Assembly (NCBI GenBank): GCA_965249135.1
Contig: OZ252220.1
Span: 672,001-736,000 of the forward strand
DNA length: 64,000 bases
Direction: 5' to 3'
Origin: Alphaproteobacteria bacterium
GTDB taxonomy: Bacteria; Pseudomonadota; Alphaproteobacteria; GCA-2746255
The notes beneath the pieces are model-generated. The model worked only from the letters and a program-made list of their open reading frames with translations, was not told the origin of the DNA and did no database searches. The number at the start of each line of letters is the position of its first letter. Positions within the stretch are counted from its first letter, which is position 1. This document shows, one piece after another, positions 28,089 to 37,362 of this stretch. The position numbers and the translations under genes were made by a program.

Positions 28089-28949
28089 CTAGTTTCCGCG
28101 ACGATTGAGCTGAATGCGCTTATAGGCGCCTTCGATGTTAAGCGGTGACCATGTCTCAAACCGATCCCAGGACTTGTACTTGGAAAGGTCTACTGCGGCC
28201 TTGGTTTCTTCGAGACTCTTTCCCATACGGGCCTGCTCAAGCACCTGATTGTAGAGATCGCTCATATACTCCCGGAAGGCCGTAACGTCGGCTTTCGTGC
28301 CCAGTCGCCCATGGCCCGGTGCAAGGATATCGAAATCCATGATCTCTACACGCGTCAGGGACCGAATCCACTCCGACAGATAAGCATCCGAGAAATCCTT
28401 ATACGCAACGGTTTTCACCGGAATGAAATCGACGGCGAAGAGTGTCCGCTCGGCGGGGAATCGTATGACGATCATGTTGTCGGAATGGTTCTTGCCGAGA
28501 TAGCGCAGCTCGACTGCTTTGCCGCCAAGCTCGATCGTCATCTTCTTTTTGAATGTGATCCGCGGCACAGCAGTCGGTCGCTTTTCGCCGATTATTGCGC
28601 GCTTTGCTTTTTCATGGGCGATAACGATAGCGCCGGCTTTTGCGAAAACTTCACCGCCCGAAATGTGATCTGCATGATCGTGGCTGTAGACCACATATCG
28701 AATCGGTTTTCCGAAACGGCTGGCGATCTCGGATTTAAGCCATTGGGCGGCATCGGCGTTAATCGGATCGGTGACGATGACGCCGTCGGGCGTCACCAGA
28801 AACACTGAATAGTGGAAGTTGTTTTGGAACCGGTAAAGGTCGCCGGCAATCTGGGTGATTGTCCGTTTGGGTGGGCTTTGAGCATACACCGCGACAGCGC
28901 CTGCGAACAATACCACCACCGCCAGAAATGCCTTCATGACACTGAACAT
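28089..28949 (-). CDS. Secreted MBL-fold metallo-hydrolase
   Basis: Signal peptide (AVAVYA), SHDHADH, NHSD, FAVD, PGHG. Confidence 0.88.
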   Translation of the reverse strand: MFSVMKAFLAVVVLFAGAVAVYAQSPPKRTITQIAGDLYRFQNNFHYSVFLVTPDGVIVTDPINADAAQWLKSEIASRFGKPIRYVVYSHDHADHISGGEVFAKAGAIVIAHEKAKRAIIGEKRPTAVPRITFKKKMTIELGGKAVELRYLGKNHSDNMIVIRFPAERTLFAVDFIPVKTVAYKDFSDAYLSEWIRSLTRVEIMDFDILAPGHGRLGTKADVTAFREYMSDLYNQVLEQARMGKSLEETKAAVDLSKYKSWDRFETWSPLNIEGAYKRIQLNRRGN

Positions 28950-28977
28950 GACTTGCCCTCCAATTGCCGGCCAACCA

Positions 28978-28994
28978 GGCATTGTCACATCAAC
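28978..28994. repeat. Orphan IS6-type terminal inverted repeat (opposite orientation)
   Basis: GGCATTGTCACATCAAC. Confidence 0.65.
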
Positions 28995-29163
28995 GAGCCA
29001 TCGGAATGCCGACCGCTTCTTCGGCCGAGTAGCCAAACAGTTGCTCGGCACGCTTGTTGAACATCGTGATGCACTGATCTTCACCGATCGAGATGATGGC
29101 CTCTCCGACCTGGTCCAGGACGGCGGCAAGCAGCGCGCGCGACGGCCCCGGGATGGATTTCAT
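28990..29163 (-). pseudogene. Truncated PAS-domain sensor fragment
   Basis: VLDQVGEAIISI...ITMFNKRAEQLFGYSAEEAVG is a PAS N-terminus; it stops at the IS6-type IR. Confidence 0.75.
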
Positions 29164-29407
29164 CCTGTCGGTCTCTCGAACCATTTCAGCCGGGATTTCG
29201 CATATGGTGCCTCCCGATCGCCGGAAATGGTGCCACGAACAGTGGTCGAAGGCGAATCCGGCCCGATCCCAAGCGTTGTATGGCGTTCTCCGTTCTCGGT
29301 CGAACGATGTTGACCTCGGCACCCTGGTCCTTTCCCCTAGAGGGCTTGGAATGGCCCGGCCCTCTGCCAGCCGCAAGCCCCTGTTTAAAGTACAGGAACG
29401 ATCCGCG

Positions 29408-30286
29408 ATGGAAGCCGATAGTTCCCTCGAAGACGCCCTCCGCAAGCACGTCGAGACGCTCACCGTTAAGATCGGCCCGCGTACGGCATGCCACGGCGAC
29501 AGCCTCGAACGGGCGGCGCGGTATATCCACGAAGCTTTCGCAAGCGCCGGGCTCGAGGTCACCGAACAGACCTACGACTACCGCGGCCGGCGCGTTGCCA
29601 ACCTGGTCGCGACGCCGCCCGGCGCCGCCGGGGCCTCCACCTACTACGTCATCGGCGCCCATTATGACACCGTGCCGCCGACGCCGGGTGCCGACGACAA
29701 CGCGAGCGGTGTCGCCGTGATGCTGGCGCTTGCCCGCCGGCTGGCCGCAACGCCGCCACGGGTCCCGGTCCGTCTCGTCGCCTTCACGCTGGAGGAGCCC
29801 CCGGCCTTTCGCACCCGTCACCAGGGCAGCCGCGTCTTCGTTCGCGAGTGCAGGCGCGTCGGCGAGCGCATTCTGGCCGCCCTGATTCTCGAAATGGTCG
29901 GTTACACGTGCCCGCATCAACACTACCCCCTCGCGCTCCACTGGGCGGGCTACCCCAGCCAAGGTAATTTTATCGGGATCGTGGGCAACCGGCGCTCGCG
30001 GCGGTTTGGACACGCGGTCCTGAAAGGATTCCGCAACAATGGGCGCCTGCCGGTCGAGTCGCTGTTCGTGCCGCTCAACGGTTGGGTCCTGCCAGCGACG
30101 CGCCTAAGCGATCACGCCTCGTTCTGGGATGCCGGCTGGCCGGCACTGATGGTCACCGACACGGCATTCTTCCGCAATCCCCATTACCACCTCCCCAGCG
30201 ATACGCTCGACACGCTCGATTTCAGGTTCATGGCCGAGCTGGTCAAAAGCCTGGAACTCGCGCTGGCCGAGTTCCCGCCCGCGTAG
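29408..30286 (+). CDS. M28 family metallopeptidase
   Basis: IGAHYD, GADDNASG, FTLEE, LEMVGY, SDHASF, YH. Confidence 0.92.
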   Translation: MEADSSLEDALRKHVETLTVKIGPRTACHGDSLERAARYIHEAFASAGLEVTEQTYDYRGRRVANLVATPPGAAGASTYYVIGAHYDTVPPTPGADDNASGVAVMLALARRLAATPPRVPVRLVAFTLEEPPAFRTRHQGSRVFVRECRRVGERILAALILEMVGYTCPHQHYPLALHWAGYPSQGNFIGIVGNRRSRRFGHAVLKGFRNNGRLPVESLFVPLNGWVLPATRLSDHASFWDAGWPALMVTDTAFFRNPHYHLPSDTLDTLDFRFMAELVKSLELALAEFPPA

Positions 30287-30418
30287 GTCTCGTGCGAGAG
30301 GCCACAAACCGAAGAAAGGAACGCTCCATGCCAAGACAAAAGAAAACAGCGCTGGACGCCAACGATAATTAAACTCAAGTCTTAAGAGACGCGCGGAACA
30401 TGAAAAAAGGACAGAGAA

Positions 30419-31051
30419 ATGAATGTGCTTGTTGTTGGTGCGACCGGAGGGACTGGCCGTAAACTTGTTGAACAGCTCAAGAAGAAAAATCACGAACCAA
30501 TTGCGATGGTTCGCGACGGCGCGGATACATCCGGGTTACCGGCGGATGTAGAACGTCGCTGCGGCGACGTGGAGGCTCTCGAGCGTAGTGTCCTAAAAGG
30601 CGTCGACGCGATCATCTTCGCCGCCGGCTCGGGATCGAAGACCGGCCCGGAAAAGACCATCGATGTAGATCAGGAAGGTGCCAAGGCGCTTATTGACCTC
30701 GCGAAGGCGGAAGGCATCTCGCATTTCGTCATGCTGAGCGCGAAAGGCGTGGATTCACCTGAGGCAGCCAGCGAGGGCATGCGCCATTACATGCGAGCGA
30801 AACGGGATGCGGACGATTATCTTATTGCCTCGGGTCTCGACTACACCATCGTCCGGCCTGTCCTGCTGACCCACAACGCCGGGACCGGGCGGGTCACCTT
30901 GGCTGAGACCGTCGATCCGCACACCGAAGTCTCTCGAGAAGACGTCGCGGCAATATTGGCCCAGAGCCTCGACGTGCAAACCGCTAGAAACCGGATCTTT
31001 GAGCTGACCTCGGGCGGGACGCCGGTCGAGGATGCTTTGGAAGCTGCCTGA
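30419..31051 (+). CDS. NAD(P)H-binding atypical SDR oxidoreductase
   Basis: GATGGTG, FAAGSG, YMRAK, YTIVRP, SREDVA. Confidence 0.9.
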   Translation: MNVLVVGATGGTGRKLVEQLKKKNHEPIAMVRDGADTSGLPADVERRCGDVEALERSVLKGVDAIIFAAGSGSKTGPEKTIDVDQEGAKALIDLAKAEGISHFVMLSAKGVDSPEAASEGMRHYMRAKRDADDYLIASGLDYTIVRPVLLTHNAGTGRVTLAETVDPHTEVSREDVAAILAQSLDVQTARNRIFELTSGGTPVEDALEAA

Positions 31052-31216
31052 ACTCCGAGCCCTAAGGCGGCATCAAGCGGTTTCATTGCCGCATCGTACA
31101 GGCGGACGGCAAGTCGATCCCGCTGATCGACCTGCACCCGCTGCCGGAACCGAACCAACAGGCGGCCGAATAGCCTGGATCTCCGAATCACCAGATCTTC
31201 TGTAGAAGGAAAAACC

Positions 31217-32134
31217 ATGTCAGCTAAATCACAAAAAATCAAAGCCTCGGACCTGATGGTCCGGGCGCTGGAGAACGAAGGCGTCGAATACATCTTCGGC
31301 GTGCCGGGCGAGGAGAATCTGGATTTTCTGGAATCGTTGCGGGAATCGTCAATCCGCCTGATCCTGACGCGTCACGAGCAAGGCGCTGGTTTCATGGCGG
31401 CCACCTATGGCCGGCTTACCGGGAAAGCCGGCGTTTGCCTGGCGACGTTGGGGCCGGGTGCTACGAATTTCATCACCGCCGCTGCCTACGCCCAACTTGG
31501 CGCCATGCCGATGATGATGATTACCGGCCAAAAGCCGATCAAGCAGAGCAAGCAGGGACGGTTTCAGATCATCGATGTGGTGGCGATGATGAAACCGATC
31601 ACCAAATTCGCCAAACAGATCGTCAACGGCAGCACCATCCCCAGCCTGGTCCGCGAGGCGTTTCGGCTGGCCGAAGAAGAACGCCCCGGCGCGGTTCACC
31701 TGGAGCTGCCCGAAGACATCGCCGCCGAGAAGGTTGATAACGCCACGCTGTTTACTCCCGCCGTGCCGCATTGCCCGATAGCCAGCGACCAGGCGATCGA
31801 CGCGGCGGTCGCGATGATCCGGGCGGCGAAGCATCCTTTGTTGCTGGTCGGCGCAGGTGCCAACCGCAAGCGGGTCATCGAATCACTCGAGGCCTTTATC
31901 GAGGCCACCGACATTCCCTACTTCAACACCCAAATGGGCAAGGGCGTCATCGGCGGCTACCATTCCCATTACATCGGCACGGCGGCACTCTCCGACGGCG
32001 ATTATCTGCATTGCGCGATCGATCGGGCCGATTTGGTCGTCAATGCCGGCCACGACGTGGTTGAAAAACCGCCCTTTTTCATGGAGCACGGGGGCAAGAA
32101 AGTTATCCACGTGAACTTCAGCCCGGCCGGGTGA
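31217..32134 (+). pseudogene. ilvB: Acetolactate synthase large subunit, C-terminally truncated
   Basis: FGVPGEEN, RHEQGAGFMA, TLGPGATN. Only 305 aa and lacks the TPP-binding GDG domain; ends at the prophage junction. Confidence 0.88.
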
Positions 32135-32612
32135 TCGGGTTCTCCGGGGCCTCCGGCGCCGCGTCGTCGTCTATGTTGCCGGCGGGGCCGTCGTCGAATG
32201 CTGTCAGGCGAGCCGCAATCTCGTCGAGCGTGAACCCGGTGAGGTCGAGATCGAACTCCGCTTCCTCGTGGAGCCAATGGAACTCGGCCCCCAGGAGCTC
32301 GTCGTCCCAGCCCGCGTTTTGGGCGATCCGGTTGTCGGCGAGGCGGAACGCCCGCGCCTGCGCCTCGCTCAGATGCTCGAGGCGGATCACCGGCACCGTC
32401 TCCAGCTCCAATTGCCGGGCGGCCAACAGCCGGCCGTGGCCCGCGATCAGCACGCCGCGTTCATCCACCAGGCCGGGCACGTTGAAGCCGAAGGCGGCGA
32501 TCGAGCCCGCGATCTGCGCCACCTGAGCGTCCGAGTGCGTACGTGCATTGGCGGCGTAAGGCAGCAGCCGGTCGAGCGGCCAGTGCTCGATGTTGAAATC
32601 CGATGCCGTCAT
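32118..32612 (-). pseudogene. ParB N-terminal domain of a phage DNA methyltransferase, truncated before the MTase domain
   Basis: LLPYAANARTHS, IAGHGRLLAA, RLADNRIAQNAGWD; ends at PITRPG, where homologs continue into the N6/N4 MTase domain. Confidence 0.85.
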
Positions 32613-33502
32613 ATGCCGCACATCCCTTCGCACTCGCCGACCCAGAGATCGGATTGATCGACCGGACCCCCGGCCGCGAGTTCCTCCAGCGGGCGGCGGT
32701 TCACGTTGACGTAGAGGCGGCCGCCCTTCCTGAGCCCGGCCCGCTCCTGAGCCGGCATGTCGCGGATCAGACGATCGATCGTGACGGCCTCGTTCCAGTC
32801 GTTCGGGTCGTCGCGCAGGGCCCGCCACTCGGCTGCACTCCGGTAGGGGCAGAAGGTGCAGGCGGAACGGGGCGGAACCGGATAACCATGGCTGATCAAC
32901 CAGTCGGTGCAGTCCTGCCGGCTCATCCAGCGCCCGTGCGGCTCCGGCCCGTCCTTCGTCGCGCGGTCGATCAGCGGGTGGCGCTTGGCGAGCCAGCGGA
33001 CGTCCGAGGGCTTCACGCGTATCCACTCGTCGGCCGAGATCCCCAGCCACGAGCAAGCGAGCGGCACGGCCGAACGGATCGGCTTGTCGGGCGGCCGCCC
33101 GGGCAGCTCCTTGATGCGCCGCTGGATCGGCTTGATCTTGTAGTTGGACGTGCACTCGCGGCGCAGCATCCCGTGCGAGCCGTCGGCGTTGACGGTGAAG
33201 AAGGGCGGCGCGAGGTAGCCGTTCGCGCGGCCCGCCACAGGCTTCACACCGGCCGCGGTCTTGCGGATGTCGTCGGCGAGGTCGGAGAACTGGACGACCT
33301 CGACCGGGAACGGCAGCACGTTGCCCGATCGCAGCCAGTCCAGATGCTCGTAGACCGCCTTCGGCTCCGCACCGGTGTCGGCGAAGATGGCGGCGTCCGG
33401 CATGGGCGCGAGCTCGCCATGGGCCGCCATCAGCGCCATGGTCGTCGACTGCACGCCGGCGCCGAGCGAGATCACGTGCAGGGGCGGTTGCGGCTGGGTC
33501 AT
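32609..33502 (-). CDS. Phage PAPS-reductase-like (PP-loop) protein
   Basis: VISLGAGVQS, FADTG, RECT..YKI, SACTFCPY, C-terminal ECEGMC. Confidence 0.8.
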   Translation of the reverse strand: MTQPQPPLHVISLGAGVQSTTMALMAAHGELAPMPDAAIFADTGAEPKAVYEHLDWLRSGNVLPFPVEVVQFSDLADDIRKTAAGVKPVAGRANGYLAPPFFTVNADGSHGMLRRECTSNYKIKPIQRRIKELPGRPPDKPIRSAVPLACSWLGISADEWIRVKPSDVRWLAKRHPLIDRATKDGPEPHGRWMSRQDCTDWLISHGYPVPPRSACTFCPYRSAAEWRALRDDPNDWNEAVTIDRLIRDMPAQERAGLRKGGRLYVNVNRRPLEELAAGGPVDQSDLWVGECEGMCGI

Positions 33503-33627
33503 GGGTCTCTCCCATCACGAAAAGGCCGCCCGCGCCCGGCAGGGCGGGACGGCCGATGTCGATGTCTCGTTGGTGGGCGGCGCACCGCGCGGGCCGGTGC
33601 CGATCGCGCCGGTCCGGCGTCCTCGAT

Positions 33628-33735
33628 GGTGGTAACCGGAGGTGGTAACCAGGGTGGTAACCCAGTTTTTCGGCCTGTCGCTGGCGGGATTCCGCGCTGA
33701 GCCCGCCCGCTTGCGTTTACCGCCCGGAAGGACCC
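33628..33735 (-). other. Lambda-like cos packaging site candidate (cosQ-cosN-cosB)
   Basis: Minus strand GGGTCCT(33735-33729)-N20-GGGCGGGCTCAG(33708-33697)-CGCGG, then three GGTTACCACC repeats (33628, 33641, 33653). Confidence 0.65.
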
Positions 33736-33764
33736 GCAATATCAATTGGTTAGCATGGTGATTG

Positions 33765-33828
33765 GTCCCGGATGGGGATCAACACTGGTCCCTGTTTGGG
33801 ACGTCTGGGGTTGGTCCCGGTATGGGAC
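33765..33828. promoter_or_regulatory. Three palindromic operators upstream of higBA
   Basis: GTCCC-N5-GGGAY at 33765, 33788 and 33814. Confidence 0.7.
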
Positions 33829-33846
33829 TGTGCTACGGTCGCCGCC

Positions 33847-34149
33847 ATGAGGATCATCGCGCTGGCGACCCTGAAGCGGTTCATCGGCACCGAGCCCGCT
33901 CACGCCGACGCCCGCGAGCCGGTGATGGCGTGGTACCGGCAAGTCAAGGTCGCCGATTGGGCCAGTCCCGCCGACGTCAAACGGGACATCCGCAACGCCA
34001 GCATCCTCAAGGACGGCCGGGCGGTGTTCAATATCGCCGGCAACAAGTACCGCATCGTGGTGTGGATCAACTATCCCTACCGCGTCGTTTACATCCGGTT
34101 CATCGGCACGCACCGGATGTACGACGCTATCGATGCCCAGACGATGTGA
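33847..34149 (+). CDS. higB: Type II TA toxin HigB
   Basis: MRIIA...AVFNIAGNKYRIV...IRFIGTH..YD. Confidence 0.92.
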   Translation: MRIIALATLKRFIGTEPAHADAREPVMAWYRQVKVADWASPADVKRDIRNASILKDGRAVFNIAGNKYRIVVWINYPYRVVYIRFIGTHRMYDAIDAQTM

Positions 34150-34159
34150 GGAGCGAGCC

Positions 34160-34540
34160 ATGGACATTGCACCGATCAAGACCAAACGGGACCACGCCCG
34201 CGCGTTGAAGGACATCGAGAACCTGATGGCGGCGAAGCGCAACGGCCCGGAGGGCGACCGCCTTGATGTCCTGGTGACGCTTGTCGAGGCCTGGGAGGCT
34301 AAGCACTATCCGCTCGACCTGCCGGATCCGGTCGCCGCGATCCGCTACCACATGGAGCAGAGCGGGCTGGCGGCGAAGGATCTGGTGCCCTACATCGGCA
34401 GCCGCAACCGGGTCTACGAGGTCCTCAACCGCAAGCGCCCGCTGACCCTGAAGATGATCTGGCGACTGCACAACGGGCTGGGCATTCCCGCCGAGTCGCT
34501 TATCAAGGCCGACGAGCACGCTGCCGCACGAAGGGCCTGA
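34160..34540 (+). CDS. higA: Type II TA antitoxin HigA (HTH)
   Basis: PIKT...RLDVLVTLVEAWE...PDPVAAIRYHMEQ...EVLNRKRPLTL. Confidence 0.92.
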   Translation: MDIAPIKTKRDHARALKDIENLMAAKRNGPEGDRLDVLVTLVEAWEAKHYPLDLPDPVAAIRYHMEQSGLAAKDLVPYIGSRNRVYEVLNRKRPLTLKMIWRLHNGLGIPAESLIKADEHAAARRA

Positions 34541-34578
34541 GACGTCGAGATCGTCGACTGCCACTGAGGACGGAGACC

Positions 34579-34900
34579 ATGACCATCAAGCGCGAGGACA
34601 TCGTCAACCGCCGGGTCGATCTCTCCGACGTCGCCACCGGACGGCGCCTGCCGCCAGTGCGTCCGGGGGAGATTCTGCGCGACGAGTCTCCTGAACCCGC
34701 TCGAGATGAGCGTCTACGGCCTCGCCAAGGCGATCAAGGTGTCGCGGCTGCGGCTCAACGACCTCGTGCGTCGTCACCGCGCCGTCACCACCGACACTGC
34801 GCTCAGGCTGGGGCGGTATTTCGGGACGACGCCTGAGTTCTGGATCAACCTGCGCAGACCCGCTACGATCTCGATGTCACCGAGCGCGCCGTGCGCAATT
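34579..34900 (+). pseudogene. Orphan HigA/VapI-family antitoxin, frameshifted
   Basis: LPPVRPGEILRDE in one frame and MSVYGLAKAI...DTALRLGRYFGTTPEFWINL in another; no cognate toxin; end approximate. Confidence 0.8.
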
Positions 34901-35030
34901 AGTCCATGGCGCATGAAAGAATCACCGCTCTGGCCGCATCGGGCGAATTCGAGACGCTGGGGTTCAAACGCACGGTGGGAACATGTCGCGAGGTGGTCAG
35001 AACCATATCTTTGAAGGAACTGTTAGACAG

Positions 35031-35444
35031 ATGAGCGCGAGCGTTTTTCTATCGTGTGGCGTTCGCCGGCTGATGGCGGGCCTGTGCGCCGGCACGATCC
35101 TCGGGCTTTCCTCGGGCGCACTGGCCAACGATTGCGTGGTGACCGACTGGGCGCTCGCCCGCGGGATCGCCACCGGCGCGCCGGTGGACAGGGGACGACG
35201 GTTCACTGTTGCCGACGACCGGGTGCATGCCTACGTCAGGCTGAACTGTACTTGGGTCGACGGGCCGGTTATGTTCCGCTTTGAACGCAACGGCAAGAAC
35301 TATGCGGCGGTGCGCTTGCCGGTGCGGCCAGCGGCCGGTTGGCGCACCTGGGCGTCGGTACGGGCATTGTCGGGGAATTGGCGGATCACGCTGGAAATCG
35401 AGGGGCGCAGAATGCTCGACGATTCATTTACCGTCAGCCGGTAA
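35031..35444 (+). CDS. Secreted DUF2914-like protein
   Basis: Signal peptide, LARGI...PVD, GWRTWAS, GNWRI. Confidence 0.6.
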   Translation: MSASVFLSCGVRRLMAGLCAGTILGLSSGALANDCVVTDWALARGIATGAPVDRGRRFTVADDRVHAYVRLNCTWVDGPVMFRFERNGKNYAAVRLPVRPAAGWRTWASVRALSGNWRITLEIEGRRMLDDSFTVSR

Positions 35445-35519
35445 GACCGCCCAAGTCTTCCAGGTGACGATGAAGCGCAGGTTGCCCAGGAGGGCTTTCA
35501 ACGCCGTTGCACGGCTCAT
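35424..35519 (-). CDS. 31-aa ORF, first gene after the late terminator (possible truncated phage late gene)
   Basis: Strong RBS GAAGGAG before ATG 35519; MSRATALKALLGNLRFIVTWKTWAVLPADGK. Confidence 0.35.
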   Translation of the reverse strand: MSRATALKALLGNLRFIVTWKTWAVLPADGK

Positions 35520-35539
35520 GTCAGGCTCCTTCAGGCAAC

Positions 35540-35570
35540 AAAAAACCCGCCGCGGCGGTGCCGGAGCGGG
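35540..35570 (-). terminator. Intrinsic terminator just downstream of the late promoter (tR'-like)
   Basis: Minus strand CCCGC-TC-CGGC-ACC-GCCG-CG-GCGGG-TTTTTT. Confidence 0.7.
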
Positions 35571-35604
35571 CTGGGTTCGGACGCACCTATGAGATGGTGG
35601 CAGA

Positions 35605-35634
35605 AACCTACATCTTGTGATAAACACCTGTCAA
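35605..35634 (-). promoter_or_regulatory. Sigma70-like late promoter (pR'-like)
   Basis: Minus strand TTGACA-N18-TAGGTT pointing towards the cos-like site. Confidence 0.6.
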
Positions 35635-35896
35635 CCCCACAAGATGCTGAAATCTAATTTCGCGGTCGGCTCGAGCGTCGGGGCCGCTCATAGCCGGTCA
35701 GTTAAGCGTCGGGAGTGGGGCCAGCATCGGCTACGAAGCACTCACAGAGGGGCTCGCGCGCGTCGCCGGCAGGGGGGCAGCCGATGTCGTGTCTGGCCTG
35801 GATCATGCCGCTTCGCCGTTTTCTTGCGATAGCGGGCGAAGCGGCCTAGCCTTGCTCTCTGGGTCTCAGCCTTAACAGTAGTGGAGCGCGGTCAGC

Positions 35897-37342
35897 ATGA
35901 ACTTACTCGACGACATCTTGAAGGACGCCAGGCGGGCGCGCCTCATTCCGATCGTTGCCGATTCACGGAAAGAAGAGCGGATTGTATCCGTCCTGCTGGC
36001 GACGCTCTCCGTGGTGAACCCACTTGCTAAGCAGATATTGGAGCGTTGCGCAGTCAGAGTCGGGAAGACATCCGAGCTACGCTGCTACACGGAAGTAGAG
36101 TTTCCAACTTCCAACGGAACCGGGAAGGACCGGCCCGACGGCATCGTGAGCCTAAAAACGCGCGGGAGCCAGTGGGCAGGACTTTTGGAAGCGAAGGTCG
36201 ACGGTGCGGAGATCGATCAGGATCAAGCGTGCCGATATGGAGAGCTAGCGCGCGAGTACGGGATTGACGCGGTAATCACGTTGTCGAACCAATTCGTTCC
36301 ACTACCAACACATATTCCATACTCGGTTCCCAAGCGACTCAGGAATCGGATCAATTTCTTTCACTTTTCATGGGTGAGCATCCTCACCGAGGCGTCACTA
36401 ATTCTCAGAGGAGAAGATATCGAACGTGAACAAGCGTTCATCCTCCGAGAGATGGTGCGCTTTTTTGACCATGGGAATTCGGGGATCAAGCGTTTCGACC
36501 AAATGACCGCAGAATGGCGCCCACTTGTTCTTGGAGTTCGTGATGGGCAGAGCTTTATCCGATCTTCATCGGAAATCGAGAATACCGTCGCGAGCTGGCA
36601 CCAAGAAGAACGAGACGTCTGCCTCATTCTAAGCCGTCGTATTGGCGAGCCGGTCGGTGTCCGCCTTTCCCGCAAGCATCAGGCCGATCCTGACCTTCGG
36701 TTTCGCGAAACATGCAATGTACTGATCGCTTCTCAGGAACTGCATTCCAGCTTCACAATACCGAACGCCGCAAACGATGTTGAAGTAACAGCGGATTTGC
36801 AGCGAAGAACAATCTCGTGTTCCATGAGATTACAAGCTCCTGGTGACAGAAAGCGGACCGACGCGAGGGTGAACTGGCTTGTTCGGCAACTACGGGGTGT
36901 TGAAGGCGACGATGTCATTATTCGGGCGTTTTGGCCCGGCAGGGGGGCGTCGACTCAGGCGGGCCTGCCGGAGGTTAAATCAGACACCAAGTGTCTTGAG
37001 AGCGGGCGTGCGGGTGCGGGTGCGGCACCAACAAATTTCGAGGTTGTAGTAATCAGAGATCTAGCGGGTCGGTTTTCCGGGCGACGGGCCTTTATCGAGG
37101 ACTTGGAAAACCTAATTCCGGAGTTTTACGACCGGATCGGTCAGCATTTACGGCCTTGGACTCCTCCACCTCCCTCAATCGCTAAGCACGATCCAATTCA
37201 AGATACCGATGCCGTCGAAGCGATCGAGAAGCGCAGTGAAGACGGCGTCGCACACTCGGAGCCGGATCAGCCCCGGGATTCGAATAAGCCCGCTCCCTCC
37301 GTGACGGGCATCCAAGGGGGTGGTGCGGTAGAGGAACATTAG
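35897..37342 (+). CDS. PD-(D/E)XK nuclease-like cargo protein
   Basis: CYTEVEF...RPDG...LLEAKV...Q...Y motif order; more AT-rich and opposite in orientation to the phage genes. Confidence 0.6.
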   Translation: MNLLDDILKDARRARLIPIVADSRKEERIVSVLLATLSVVNPLAKQILERCAVRVGKTSELRCYTEVEFPTSNGTGKDRPDGIVSLKTRGSQWAGLLEAKVDGAEIDQDQACRYGELAREYGIDAVITLSNQFVPLPTHIPYSVPKRLRNRINFFHFSWVSILTEASLILRGEDIEREQAFILREMVRFFDHGNSGIKRFDQMTAEWRPLVLGVRDGQSFIRSSSEIENTVASWHQEERDVCLILSRRIGEPVGVRLSRKHQADPDLRFRETCNVLIASQELHSSFTIPNAANDVEVTADLQRRTISCSMRLQAPGDRKRTDARVNWLVRQLRGVEGDDVIIRAFWPGRGASTQAGLPEVKSDTKCLESGRAGAGAAPTNFEVVVIRDLAGRFSGRRAFIEDLENLIPEFYDRIGQHLRPWTPPPPSIAKHDPIQDTDAVEAIEKRSEDGVAHSEPDQPRDSNKPAPSVTGIQGGGAVEEH

Positions 37343-37362
37343 AGATCCTGAGGCTTGGTTGA

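Noticed and set aside
28089-28949. Secreted MBL protein as a true beta-lactamase
   Set aside because: The HxHxDH fold is shared by many hydrolases; resistance cannot be inferred from motifs alone.
32609-33502. PAPS-reductase-like gene as the cysH partner of cysI
   Set aside because: Lacks the CysH ECGLH-type terminus, lies 15 kb away and is in a phage operon.
32118-33518. 466-aa ORF as a single protein
   Set aside because: The first ~300 codons overlap the PAPS-like gene in another frame; only the part from ATG 32612 has ParB motifs.
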